Assembly (NCBI GenBank): GCA_963674945.2 | Contig: CAXXWQ010000003.1 | Coordinates: 2,556,931 to 2,620,930 of the forward strand | DNA length: 64,000 bases | Reading direction: 5' to 3' | From: an uncultured Desulfosarcina sp. | GTDB taxonomy: Bacteria; Desulfobacterota; Desulfobacteria; Desulfobacterales; Desulfosarcinaceae | Part shown: positions 1 to 9,243 of the stretch, piece after piece | How positions within the stretch are numbered: position 1 is the first letter of the stretch | Layout of the letters: each line of letters starts with the position of its first letter | Made by a program: the position numbers and the translations under genes | Notes under the pieces: generated by a model | What the model was told of the DNA's origin: nothing | The model's input: the letters and a program-made list of their open reading frames with translations, nothing else | The model's database searches: none

Positions 1-114
1 ACCGGTGTCTATCCCTGTGATTCGCCGGGCGGATGGAATATTATCGGTATGACCGATCCGGACCTGCTCATCCCGGTGGTACCGGGTGATACGGTCTGTT
101 TTTCACGAGCGTAA
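1..114 (+). CDS. pxpB: 3' end of 5-oxoprolinase subunit B (partial, begins before window)
   Basis: Frame 1 reads TGVYPCDSPGGWNIIG...PGDTVCFSRA*, the PxpB/KipI C-terminal signature; directly upstream of pxpA. Confidence 0.85.
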   Translation, partial: TGVYPCDSPGGWNIIGMTDPDLLIPVVPGDTVCFSRA

Positions 115-126
115 GGAACGAAGAAA

Positions 127-852
127 ATGATTCCCGTTAACTGTGACTTGGGCGAACGCGGACCGGAACATCCGGTGGACATCCGGTTGATGAAACATAT
201 TCAGATCGCCAACATCGCCTGCGGCGGTCACGCGGGCGACGAAGAATCCATTGCGGCCTTCCGAAAACTGGCCGGGGACAACGGTGTGATGGTATCGGCC
301 CACCTCTCCTACCCTGACCGGAAAAACTTCGGGCGGCGCAGCATCGCCCTGGATGAAGCGGCGTTGCGAAAAAGCCTGGATGAACAACGGGCCCTGATGC
401 CCGACGTGACGACGGTCAAGTTTCATGGCGCACTTTACAACGACAGCGTGAAAGATCCTGTTCTGGCTGAACGATTGGGACAATGGGCAAAAGAGAACAA
501 CATCGAGACGATGATCGCGCCGGCTGATGCCGAGATGGCCCGGGTCTGCCGCAAACTCGGGATCCGCCTCATGGCCGAGGCCTTTGCCGAGCGGCGCTAC
601 ACCGTGGATCCGATAAGCGGGCGGCTCGTGCTGACCAGCCGGAAAAAGGCGTATGCCTGCATCCACGACTGCGCTGCTGCCGTGGCCCAGGCACAGACCA
701 TCGCCAACGACAAACGGGTGCAGGCGATCATGGAGGATGAGAACGGCCGTCTCGATTATCGGGCGGTGGCCATTGATGCGGCCACGATCTGCATTCATTC
801 CGATTCATCCATAGCACTGGAACTGGCGCAGGCACTTGCGGAAAAACAATAA
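127..852 (+). CDS. pxpA: 5-oxoprolinase subunit A (LamB/YcsF family)
   Basis: NCDLGE, ANIACGGHAGD, AHLSYPDRKNFGRR, VKFHGALYN and TICIHSD motifs. Confidence 0.93.
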   Translation: MIPVNCDLGERGPEHPVDIRLMKHIQIANIACGGHAGDEESIAAFRKLAGDNGVMVSAHLSYPDRKNFGRRSIALDEAALRKSLDEQRALMPDVTTVKFHGALYNDSVKDPVLAERLGQWAKENNIETMIAPADAEMARVCRKLGIRLMAEAFAERRYTVDPISGRLVLTSRKKAYACIHDCAAAVAQAQTIANDKRVQAIMEDENGRLDYRAVAIDAATICIHSDSSIALELAQALAEKQ

Positions 853-903
853 GGCACTTTATGGAGGATAATGTTGGGCAAACACATTAAAAGTCGAATT
901 TCG

Positions 904-1167
904 GACGGTTTCGAAAAAAGTTCGAGATCAAGGCTTGCGAGCCCCGAGGAATGAATCGTATGGTTGGAACCGCCGCAGTGACGAGGGACGAAGCGTAACG
1001 CAGATATCGGGCTTCTAAGGAACTCGTTCATTTTCCCAATTAAAAAGGATTTTTTTATAAAAAGCGTTTCCCTCTTTTCCGTCTATCGGCGGAGAAAATA
1101 ATAACGAGTTTCTTTCATGCGATTGTTGGGCCATATTTGGCCTGGAAAAGCTTTTTACGAAACCGTC
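904..1167. repeat. MITE-like composite element with 17-bp terminal inverted repeats
   Basis: GACGGTTTCGAAAAAAG at 904 and CTTTTTACGAAACCGTC at 1151-1167 (16/17); both internal modules recur at 56391-56618. Confidence 0.8.
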
Positions 1168-2046
1168 ATGTTTAAAGCTGTAAGCCAAGGCATATTTCAG
1201 ATTGTGGGGCCACCGGAATACGGACACCAGGATGTCGGCATCTCCCCTGCCGGCTGCATGGACCGTTTCTCCTATGAAACGGGAAATCTTCTGCTGGGAA
1301 ACCCGGAAGACAGCCCGGCCATGGAGATCATCCTCGCCCCGATACTCCAAGCGCAATCGTCCCTCTACTTCGTTCTAACCGGCGCAGGTCACGAACCGGT
1401 AACCCTTGCAACCGGGAACAAAGGGAATACATCCGGTATGACTGTCGAACACGGTCGCGTGACCTTTGCGCCCGAAGGCAGCCGATTGATTTTCGGCAGC
1501 AAATCCTATGGATTCCGCACCTATCTGTGCTGGCGTGAGGCAGACGCGGATGCGGATTTATATTCCAAAGAGGACATCCGCCGCGGAACCTTCGAAGAGA
1601 TTGCCCATTGGCCGGATCCCGACGGAATGATACGGGTGCTGAAAGGTCCTGAATACCGGTTCGTACCAAACCCGGAAGGATTCACCGGACAGGGTTGGGA
1701 GATCGCCGGCGACTCCAATCAGATGGGGCTCAGGCTGATGCATACCCGCACACCCTTGACAATCCATATGGGAAGTATGATATCGGCGCCGGTCAGCGAC
1801 GGCACCGTCCAATTGACGCCCAAGGGCCCCATCGTCCTTTTACGGCACCGCCAGACCATCGGCGGCTATCCACGGATATTCAACGTGATCGGCGCCGATG
1901 TGGACCTTCTGGCCCAGTATATGCCCGGACAAATCGTTCGATTCAAAATTGTGGATATGGATACCGCATTGGCGGCGGCCGGACAAAAACGCAACGACTT
2001 GATGTCACTAAAAAGCTTTTCCGAGCCACAGGCGGCCAGACATTAG
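1168..2046 (+). CDS. pxpC: 5-oxoprolinase subunit C (KipA/AHS2 family)
   Basis: G..PAGCMD, NLLLGN, GFRTYL, SNQMGLRL, GTVQLTPKGPIVLLRHRQTIGGYPRI; start set to ATG 1168 because the upstream part of the ORF lies in the repeat. Confidence 0.9.
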   Translation: MFKAVSQGIFQIVGPPEYGHQDVGISPAGCMDRFSYETGNLLLGNPEDSPAMEIILAPILQAQSSLYFVLTGAGHEPVTLATGNKGNTSGMTVEHGRVTFAPEGSRLIFGSKSYGFRTYLCWREADADADLYSKEDIRRGTFEEIAHWPDPDGMIRVLKGPEYRFVPNPEGFTGQGWEIAGDSNQMGLRLMHTRTPLTIHMGSMISAPVSDGTVQLTPKGPIVLLRHRQTIGGYPRIFNVIGADVDLLAQYMPGQIVRFKIVDMDTALAAAGQKRNDLMSLKSFSEPQAARH

Positions 2047-2231
2047 TTCAAAAGAAACTCATTTTTCCTATCGTTTATGGATCGCCGAAAATGGGAAAAG
2101 CTTTTTTGATAAAAAATTTTTTGATAGTTCTTGACGAACGCGTTTCCAAGTAGTGTTCAACCAGAACTAGGGAAATTTGGCCATTTCAGTATGAGCACTA
2201 AGTAGCGATGAGAAATGAAAGGACACAAATA

Positions 2232-3077
2232 ATGGACACATATTATATCGACGGAGAGTACGTTTTGGAAGAAGATGCGAAGATCTCCGTAAAAGACATG
2301 AGTATTTTACGGGGATACGGGGTTTTCGATTTCCTGCGGACCTATAACCGTCGGCCCTTTTATCTCGACACTCACATCGGACGACTGGCCCGTTCGGCCC
2401 GCCTCATCAATCTGGCCATGCCTTTGGGAAATGAGCAGATCGAGAAGATCGTCATGGAAACCATGGCGAAAAACCCCCACCATGACGAAGCCAACATCCG
2501 TCTCGTGGTCACCGGCGGCGTCAGCCCCGACTCCATTACGCCGGCGGACAACCCAAAACTGATGGTCATGGTCACCGGACTGCATGCCTGCCCTGCCGAA
2601 TGGTACGACGAGGGCGTGGCCATCATCACCACCCATGCCGAAAGATATATGCCCGGCGCCAAGAGCATCAACTATATCCCGGCCATATTGGCCTTGAGCC
2701 GCGCGAGACAGCAAGACGCCATCGAATCCATTTACGTCGATCACCTCGGACGTCTGCTGGAAGGCACGACCACGAACTTCTTCGCCTTTATCGGCGATAC
2801 GCTGGTGACGCCGTCCGTATCGATCCTGCCAGGCGTTACCCGCCAGGTGATCATCTCCCTGGTCGAAAAGGAGTTCGATCTTCAGATCCGAGACGTTCAC
2901 AAGGATGAAATCCGCTTGATGGACGAGGCGTTTCTCACCGCATCCAACAAGGAGGTGGTCCCGGTTGTCAGGATGGACGACTACCGGTTCGGCGACGGAA
3001 ACCCGGGCGAGCGCACCCTCCGCATCATGGCGCTCTTTTCGGAATTTACCCGTAAATATGGAGAAGAGAGGGTGTGA
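2232..3077 (+). CDS. PLP fold-type IV aminotransferase (D-amino acid/branched-chain family)
   Basis: RGYGVFD, HIGRLARSA, AKSINY (PLP lysine), EGTTTNFF, ILPGVTR; AAAGGA before ATG 2232. Confidence 0.9.
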   Translation: MDTYYIDGEYVLEEDAKISVKDMSILRGYGVFDFLRTYNRRPFYLDTHIGRLARSARLINLAMPLGNEQIEKIVMETMAKNPHHDEANIRLVVTGGVSPDSITPADNPKLMVMVTGLHACPAEWYDEGVAIITTHAERYMPGAKSINYIPAILALSRARQQDAIESIYVDHLGRLLEGTTTNFFAFIGDTLVTPSVSILPGVTRQVIISLVEKEFDLQIRDVHKDEIRLMDEAFLTASNKEVVPVVRMDDYRFGDGNPGERTLRIMALFSEFTRKYGEERV

Positions 3078-3105
3078 TTGCCGGATTGCATCAAATCTTA
3101 GGGAC

Positions 3106-3206
3106 TTGAACGTCGAACTTCCAACATTGAACATTGGATTCTATCTTTTTTGAAAACGATGGAGCGAAGCGATTGCCTCATGGGACGTTGGACGTTCGAC
3201 GTTCAA
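3106..3206. repeat. Inverted repeat built from 7-bp units (GAACGTC-like)
   Basis: TTGAACGTCGAACTTCCAAC (3106-3125) vs GTTGGACGTTCGACGTTCAA (3187-3206), 19/20 complementary. Confidence 0.75.
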
Positions 3207-3280
3207 AGCGGTTATCCTAGTGGTTTGTCAGATACCAATGGACATCGCCCAACGGTTTGTATATATTCGGCCCTCATCAG

Positions 3281-3350
3281 GGGCAATTTGAAAACGTCCC
3301 CTCTGACTCAATATCGGCGTTGGGGCGAGTTGCCCAATCCTCGAAATACG
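3281..3350 (-). repeat. Half copy of the intergenic hairpin family
   Basis: Reverse complement TATTTCGAGGATTGGGCAACTCGCCCCAACGCCGATATTG closely matches 30311-30350. Confidence 0.7.
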
Positions 3351-3381
3351 ACATCGGATTAGCAGGAAAGGAACACACGAC

Positions 3382-4251
3382 ATGGCGCGAGAAGATGTGA
3401 ACAAGGGATTTGCGGAGATGTTTAAAAACGGTGTGATCATGGACGTGACCAACGCCGACCAGGCGCGCATCGCGGAAGATGCCGGCGCATGTTCGGTCAT
3501 GGCCCTGGAACGTGTTCCTTCGGACATTCGAAGCGACGGACAGGTGGCCCGCATGAGTGATCCGGCCATGATCCAGCAGATCATGGAGGCCGTGAGCATA
3601 CCGGTCATGGCCAAGGTGCGCATCGGACACTTCATGGAGGCCCGCATCCTGCAGGCCATGGGCGTGGATTTCGTGGACGAGAGCGAGGTCCTGACGCCGG
3701 CAGACGAGAAACGCCACGTGGACAAACGGGATTTCGAGGTCCCCTTTGTCTGCGGCGCCCGTAATCTGGGAGAGGCCCTTCGGCGCATCGACGAAGGCGC
3801 TGCCATGATTCGAACCAAGGGGGAAGCCGGCACGGGAAATATCGTCAATGCGGTAACGCACATGCGCGCCATCAACGAAGAGATCGAAGCGCTTTTGGGC
3901 CTGGATGATTTCAAGATGACCCACGCCGCCGGCCAGATGCGCGTGCCGGTGGAACTGGTCCGCCAAACCCGCGAACTGGGCCGGTTGCCTGTCGTCAACT
4001 TCGCCGCCGGAGGGATCGCCACCCCCGCCGATGCCGCCCTGATGATGGCCCTGGGATCCGACGGCGTCTTCGTCGGGTCGGGAATCTTCAAATCGGAGAA
4101 TCCGCCGAAGATGGCCCACGCCATCGTCCAATCGGTGATTCACTACCAGGACCCGGCAAAACTGGTGGAGATCTCCAAGGGACTGGGGACCGCCATGATC
4201 GGCCTGGAGAACGATTCGTTGGACGTCAAGATGGCCGAACGGGGCGTGTAG
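3382..4251 (+). CDS. pdxS: Pyridoxal 5'-phosphate synthase lyase subunit
   Basis: [59 protein letters not shown]. Confidence 0.98.
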   Translation: MAREDVNKGFAEMFKNGVIMDVTNADQARIAEDAGACSVMALERVPSDIRSDGQVARMSDPAMIQQIMEAVSIPVMAKVRIGHFMEARILQAMGVDFVDESEVLTPADEKRHVDKRDFEVPFVCGARNLGEALRRIDEGAAMIRTKGEAGTGNIVNAVTHMRAINEEIEALLGLDDFKMTHAAGQMRVPVELVRQTRELGRLPVVNFAAGGIATPADAALMMALGSDGVFVGSGIFKSENPPKMAHAIVQSVIHYQDPAKLVEISKGLGTAMIGLENDSLDVKMAERGV

Positions 4252-4252
4252 C

Positions 4253-4810
4253 ATGCGCGTCGGCTTGCTCGGCCTGCAAGGCGCCTTTCTCGATCATCTC
4301 CCTCACCTCTCCCGCTGCGGTGTGGGCACGACCATTGTCCGCACCGCCGAGGCCCTGGAAGAGATCGACCGTCTGATCATCCCCGGCGGTGAGAGCACGG
4401 TGATGGCAAAGTTCCTGGACGAATTCGCCATGACGTCTCCCCTCACCCGGCGTATTGAAGCGGGTATGCCGGTATGGGGGATCTGTGCCGGAAGTATCTT
4501 ACTGGCAGACCGAGTGGACGGCAGGCCCGGCCATTTGCGAGTTCTCCCGGCGTCCGTGACCCGCAATGCCTACGGCCGCCAGATCGCCAGCCTGGAATTT
4601 CCCATCGATGTCCCCATTCTCGGAATCAAAGACTACAACGCCATCTTCATCCGCTCCCCGCGATTCGAGCGGGTGGATGAATCCGTTCAGGTGTATGCCT
4701 ATCGTGACACAGATCCCGTCTTCCTACGCCATAACAATATCATGGCCACTACGTTTCATCCGGAATTGAATGAGGATGATCTGTTCCATCGTTACTTTTT
4801 GTCGCTGTAA
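4253..4810 (+). CDS. pdxT: Pyridoxal 5'-phosphate synthase glutaminase subunit
   Basis: LQGAF..H, IIPGGEST, GICAG, RNAYGRQ, FHPEL; adjacent to pdxS. Confidence 0.97.
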   Translation: MRVGLLGLQGAFLDHLPHLSRCGVGTTIVRTAEALEEIDRLIIPGGESTVMAKFLDEFAMTSPLTRRIEAGMPVWGICAGSILLADRVDGRPGHLRVLPASVTRNAYGRQIASLEFPIDVPILGIKDYNAIFIRSPRFERVDESVQVYAYRDTDPVFLRHNNIMATTFHPELNEDDLFHRYFLSL

Positions 4811-5051
4811 ATTTCATTTCTTTGTTGAAAATCTATTATCTTTTCGTTACTTATCTAAGTATTTTCTTGTTTCACCATTTCCAAAAAAATAAAGTTACAT
4901 CGGATGTCTATTTGACCCGTTAGCTGCTTATCTTTTTTATTCAGCTCATGGTCGAAGGAGTAAGATAATGATGTGGCTGTGTTTCTTGACCGTGTCTGAC
5001 TTTGATTGAACGATTTTCGTGCATACTGCAAGTTCAACTTGATAGAAGCTC

Positions 5052-8000
5052 GTGATGATTCTGGCGCAAGCGACAGCGAAACTGCAGAGCCCGCAGGTAT
5101 CCAACGTCTATTATCGCAAACACTTGTTTGCATGGTTGAATCAAGCTCGTAAGCAGCCGGCAGTTTGGATTTCCGCAGGAGCGGGTTCCGGTAAAACAAC
5201 ATTGGTGGCCAGCTATTTAAAGGAAAGTGGTCATCCCACCATCTGGTACCAGGTGGACAGTGGCGATGAGGATATCGCCTCTTTCTTTTTTAATCTTGGC
5301 CTTGCAGGCAAAAAGGCTGGGCCGAAAAAAAGGAAATCTCTTCCCCTGTTCACCCCCGAATACGCTCAAAATCTCTCCACCTTTACGCGCAATTTCTTTC
5401 GTGCCTTCTATGGCAGACTGCCGCAAAATTCCGTTATTGTGCTGGATAACTATGAATCCGTTTCCGAAAATTCGGACCTACATGAAATCCTGCGCATCGG
5501 GTTGGAGGAAATTCTTCAAGATCTCAATGTGTTCGTGATCAGCCGACAGGACCCGCCACCCGTCTTTGCACGGTTGAGAGCCTGCGGCAACCTACCGATG
5601 CTGCACTGGGCAGACCTCCATTTGTCCAGAAAAGAGTGTGCCGCCATCATCCGACTCAAGACAGATAGAAAATTGTCTGAGAAAGAGTTACAGACGCTGT
5701 ATGATCGAACCAATGGTTGGGTGGCGGGATTAGTCTTGGCTATTGAAGAGCTCTCACAAAAAGGTCATTCCTGCTCGCCGATGGACTTTTCCAACCATTC
5801 GCTTTTTTACGACTATTTCGACAAAGAGATTTTCAGGAACATTGACCCCGCTTGTCAAGAGTTCATGCTGAAAACGGCCATATTCCCCCAGATGACGATT
5901 CGCATGGCAAAGGATCTGAGCGGAATTGACGATACAGAGAAAATCCTCAATTTTCTAGTAAAGAAGAATTTTTTTACGGTTTTCAAGCCTGATGCGTCTC
6001 CTTCGTATGTCTACCACGATCTTTTTCGCTCATTTCTCAACGCCAAGGCAGCCGACGTATTTAATAAACCTCACTATAAAAAAGTCGTTCAAAAAGCTGC
6101 GTCCCTCTTGAAGGAAACGGGTCAGGACGAATACGCCGTAGAACTGTATCATCGATCAGAGGATTGGCAGTCGTTGTTGGAACTGGTTATCAACAATGCA
6201 CAAGCATTGCTGGAAAAAGGCAAGGTGCATACCCTGGAAAAATGGATCGGTCTGCTTCCCGAACCATACCGGCAGAGCCATCCCTGGATCCTCCACTGGA
6301 TGGGAGCATGCCGTATATCCTTGGATCCATTGAATTCAAGAAAATGCTACGAAAAAGCATTCCATCTGTTTCGCAATAAAAAGGATCCAATTGGAACATG
6401 TCAATCATGGGCTGGAATTATCGAGTCCTATATCTTTTTCCTGGATAATTTAAAGGATTTGGGTAAAAGGGTGAAAGAATTCATGACATTTATCCAGGAG
6501 TTCCCCGAATTTCCCGATCCTGAAATCGAAGTTCGCGTGGTCAACTGCATGATCAGTGCACTGGTGTATTGCAACACACACCACGAAGAGCTCACAAAAT
6601 GGGCAATTCGGGCAAAAGAGATCATCAAGGCATCATCCGGTTCCGATATCGCGATCAAGTTGAACGGCCTACTCATCCCCTATTGCGGATGGATCGGCAA
6701 ATTCCCGTTGTACAGGTTTGTTGTTGATCTGCAGCGGGATGTATTAAAGAAAACGAAATCATTATACCTATCCCAACTGAAATTTTATATCGCCGAGGCC
6801 CACTTGGGGTGGCTGACCGCCGAATGGGAGGTTTGTGACAGCGCAGTTACAAAAGGCAAAAATTTATCCAAACAGACCGGTATTAGATTGTTGGACAACG
6901 AATTCATCTCTGCTGAAATCTACCGTCATGCGTCTTCCACATTCGATATCCAACGCTTGGACAGATTGCTGGTCCAAATGGAGTCATATACTGACTCGAC
7001 CCCTTCCATCATGAGGGCAAATATCTACTTTCTAAAAGGGTGGATCGCCTTTGTGAAAAAAGATATGGACCAGGCCTTTCATAATGTTGACAAGGCAATG
7101 AAAACAGTAGAGGTGAACTGCGGCCCTCCGTTTAATTATGCCCTTAGCCATCTGGCAATGGTTTATGTTCAGCTCGTATATGATAACAATGAAAAGGTGG
7201 AAGAGAGTTTACATATAGCCCTCACAATCGGCAACCACATTGGAGCCGACAATCTGTTGTACCACGGGTATTGTTTGCAGGCATACCAAAAGTTTAAAAA
7301 TGGTAGTGACCAAAAAGGACTGGCATCCTTGAAAAAGGCGATGGCTGTGGGCAGCAATGCAAAGATCTACAACTTTCCCTGGTGGAGTCCCAAAATCATG
7401 ACCTTCTTATGTCAGAAAGCCTTGGAAAATGGGATCGAACCGTCATTCGTCAGCTACCTGATTCAAAAACGTGATCTATTTCCCAAGACCCCACCTTTAC
7501 ATATTTACAACTGGCCCTGGCCTGTTAAGATCTATACTTTGGGAAAATTCAGCATCTTTAAAAAAGACGAGGAAATCCGCTTTTCTGGAAAGGCCCAGAA
7601 AAAGCCCATTGACCTTCTCAAGTCACTGCTCGCCTTCGGCAGCATTGATGTCCCGGTGAACCGATTGGCCGACGCCCTATGGCCGGACTCGGAAGGGGAC
7701 GCGGCCTATCAATCCTTTACCATGGCGTTGAAGCGGCTTCGAAAGCTTCTCGGCGGAAAGGATACGATCATTCTCAGCGAGGGTCTGGTCTCTTTGAATC
7801 CGAGAATATGCTGGACGGACATCCGAGCATTTGAGTTTGCCCTCGAAAAAAACACCGCCGAAAAAGATCGTCTAAGTAAAGCCGTTGACCTATACAAAGG
7901 ACCATTTCTCGCCGAAGATACTGATTCGTTTTGGGCGGCCCCCATGCAGATCCGTCAGAATCATAAATATCTTGCGGCGATCAAAGCACTTGCAAAGATC

Positions 8001-8237
8001 CACGAAAAATCGGGAGACTGGGACAACGTCATCGACTGCTATGAAAAAGGGCTCGATGCCGATGATTTGTCAGAACCACTGTATCGTGAATTAATGAGTT
8101 GCTACGAACGACTCGGTCAGATGTCTCAAGTTGTCGGCATCTTCGATCGCTGTAAAAAAATTCTGAGAGCCAAGTGCGATATCGAACCATCCAGAGAAAC
8201 GATCGATCTATATCGTAAATTAATAAAGCCAAACTAA
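5052..8237 (+). CDS. MalT-like STAND ATPase / TPR / wHTH-BTAD transcriptional regulator
   Basis: N-terminal P-loop AGAGSGKTT, VLDNY, TNGWVAGL; C-terminal TLGKF, ADALWPDS, LKRLRKLL, DLYKGPFL, EPSRET typical of SARP/BTAD. Confidence 0.9.
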   Translation: MMILAQATAKLQSPQVSNVYYRKHLFAWLNQARKQPAVWISAGAGSGKTTLVASYLKESGHPTIWYQVDSGDEDIASFFFNLGLAGKKAGPKKRKSLPLFTPEYAQNLSTFTRNFFRAFYGRLPQNSVIVLDNYESVSENSDLHEILRIGLEEILQDLNVFVISRQDPPPVFARLRACGNLPMLHWADLHLSRKECAAIIRLKTDRKLSEKELQTLYDRTNGWVAGLVLAIEELSQKGHSCSPMDFSNHSLFYDYFDKEIFRNIDPACQEFMLKTAIFPQMTIRMAKDLSGIDDTEKILNFLVKKNFFTVFKPDASPSYVYHDLFRSFLNAKAADVFNKPHYKKVVQKAASLLKETGQDEYAVELYHRSEDWQSLLELVINNAQALLEKGKVHTLEKWIGLLPEPYRQSHPWILHWMGACRISLDPLNSRKCYEKAFHLFRNKKDPIGTCQSWAGIIESYIFFLDNLKDLGKRVKEFMTFIQEFPEFPDPEIEVRVVNCMISALVYCNTHHEELTKWAIRAKEIIKASSGSDIAIKLNGLLIPYCGWIGKFPLYRFVVDLQRDVLKKTKSLYLSQLKFYIAEAHLGWLTAEWEVCDSAVTKGKNLSKQTGIRLLDNEFISAEIYRHASSTFDIQRLDRLLVQMESYTDSTPSIMRANIYFLKGWIAFVKKDMDQAFHNVDKAMKTVEVNCGPPFNYALSHLAMVYVQLVYDNNEKVEESLHIALTIGNHIGADNLLYHGYCLQAYQKFKNGSDQKGLASLKKAMAVGSNAKIYNFPWWSPKIMTFLCQKALENGIEPSFVSYLIQKRDLFPKTPPLHIYNWPWPVKIYTLGKFSIFKKDEEIRFSGKAQKKPIDLLKSLLAFGSIDVPVNRLADALWPDSEGDAAYQSFTMALKRLRKLLGGKDTIILSEGLVSLNPRICWTDIRAFEFALEKNTAEKDRLSKAVDLYKGPFLAEDTDSFWAAPMQIRQNHKYLAAIKALAKIHEKSGDWDNVIDCYEKGLDADDLSEPLYRELMSCYERLGQMSQVVGIFDRCKKILRAKCDIEPSRETIDLYRKLIKPN

Positions 8238-8254
8238 ATTTTAATTATTTTTCC

Positions 8255-8276
8255 CATCCGTTAGTCATCCGTTAGT
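8255..8276 (+). promoter_or_regulatory. Perfect 11-bp direct repeat (CATCCGTTAGT x2), candidate BTAD/SARP operator
   Basis: Seen directly between the regulator stop and the lipoprotein gene; role inferred from helical-turn spacing. Confidence 0.5.
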
Positions 8277-8453
8277 TTCGATCGGTTATTGCCTCTTTGT
8301 CGATGAATTCCAGATGTATTTTTAGGTGGGAGCACCTCAAGACTTCTTTATTTTAAATTCAAAAGTAAGAAGTATACGAGGTTATAAATTATAACGACTT
8401 TGATCTTATTGATATTTATCTCATTTCGCGACCAAGAAAAGTGAGGTGGAATT

Positions 8454-9110
8454 ATGAATCGATTCGGGAATGTATCTTTTTTTTGCGGTGTTGTAATGGT
8501 TCTATTTTTTCTTTCCTGCGGCGGTGGTGAGGACGATGCTAATGACGATGTTGTCATCGACCCAGTCGAATATGAAGGGGAAATAAAAGGATATGTATTT
8601 TTTCCAGCATATATCTCATATTCTGATTGGAAAGAAAATATGAGAAGGTGCGCCCTTCAAGTGACGGGCCAATGTGATGGAAGGGGGTATGCACGTTCCG
8701 TAGATTACACAATTTCAGATTTACTTCTCTGTGATGAAGGCTATTGCGAATATACATATGGGTCTTCTCGATGGGACAAAGATCCCGAATATTCCGGAGA
8801 CCAAAATGAAAGCATACTCGTTACACTCTATGATAGTAGTTATGAATTCGTTGATGACATATTAACATCCAGTGATGGCTATTACAATTTCAGCAAACTT
8901 CCAGATGGTTACTATTTTTTAAATGCATATTGCGAACGGTTAAGTGAATCAGATCCTGATGAAACTATCGACACATTCGAAGCTTGGTCAGTTATAATCG
9001 AAGTTAGTGAGGAAGGGCCAGAAGGTTTATTCCCACTGAAAGATTTGTATCAAGTGTATATAACGTCGATCCCAAAATCTGAAGGGATCATGAATGAGGT
9101 GTTTTGGTAA
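8454..9110 (+). CDS. Hypothetical acidic lipoprotein
   Basis: Hydrophobic signal ending FLSC-GGGEDD (lipobox-like); GAGGTG RBS; carboxypeptidase-regulatory/Cna-like TSSDGYYNFSKLPDGYY segment. Confidence 0.7.
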   Translation: MNRFGNVSFFCGVVMVLFFLSCGGGEDDANDDVVIDPVEYEGEIKGYVFFPAYISYSDWKENMRRCALQVTGQCDGRGYARSVDYTISDLLLCDEGYCEYTYGSSRWDKDPEYSGDQNESILVTLYDSSYEFVDDILTSSDGYYNFSKLPDGYYFLNAYCERLSESDPDETIDTFEAWSVIIEVSEEGPEGLFPLKDLYQVYITSIPKSEGIMNEVFW

Positions 9111-9243
9111 AACACACAATAATTCGGTGATAGATTAACATCTAAATTCTATATGTTTGTTTACAAAATAAAACTTAATTGTTTCGAATTTGATGTAAAA
9201 TAAATATTAGCAGGAGTAATTTAGTATCAACTTAGGCAAAATT

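Noticed and set aside
2044..2168. Possible MITE bounded by TAGTTC…GAACTA
   Set aside because: Only about 6 bp of convincing terminal match and no second copy in the window
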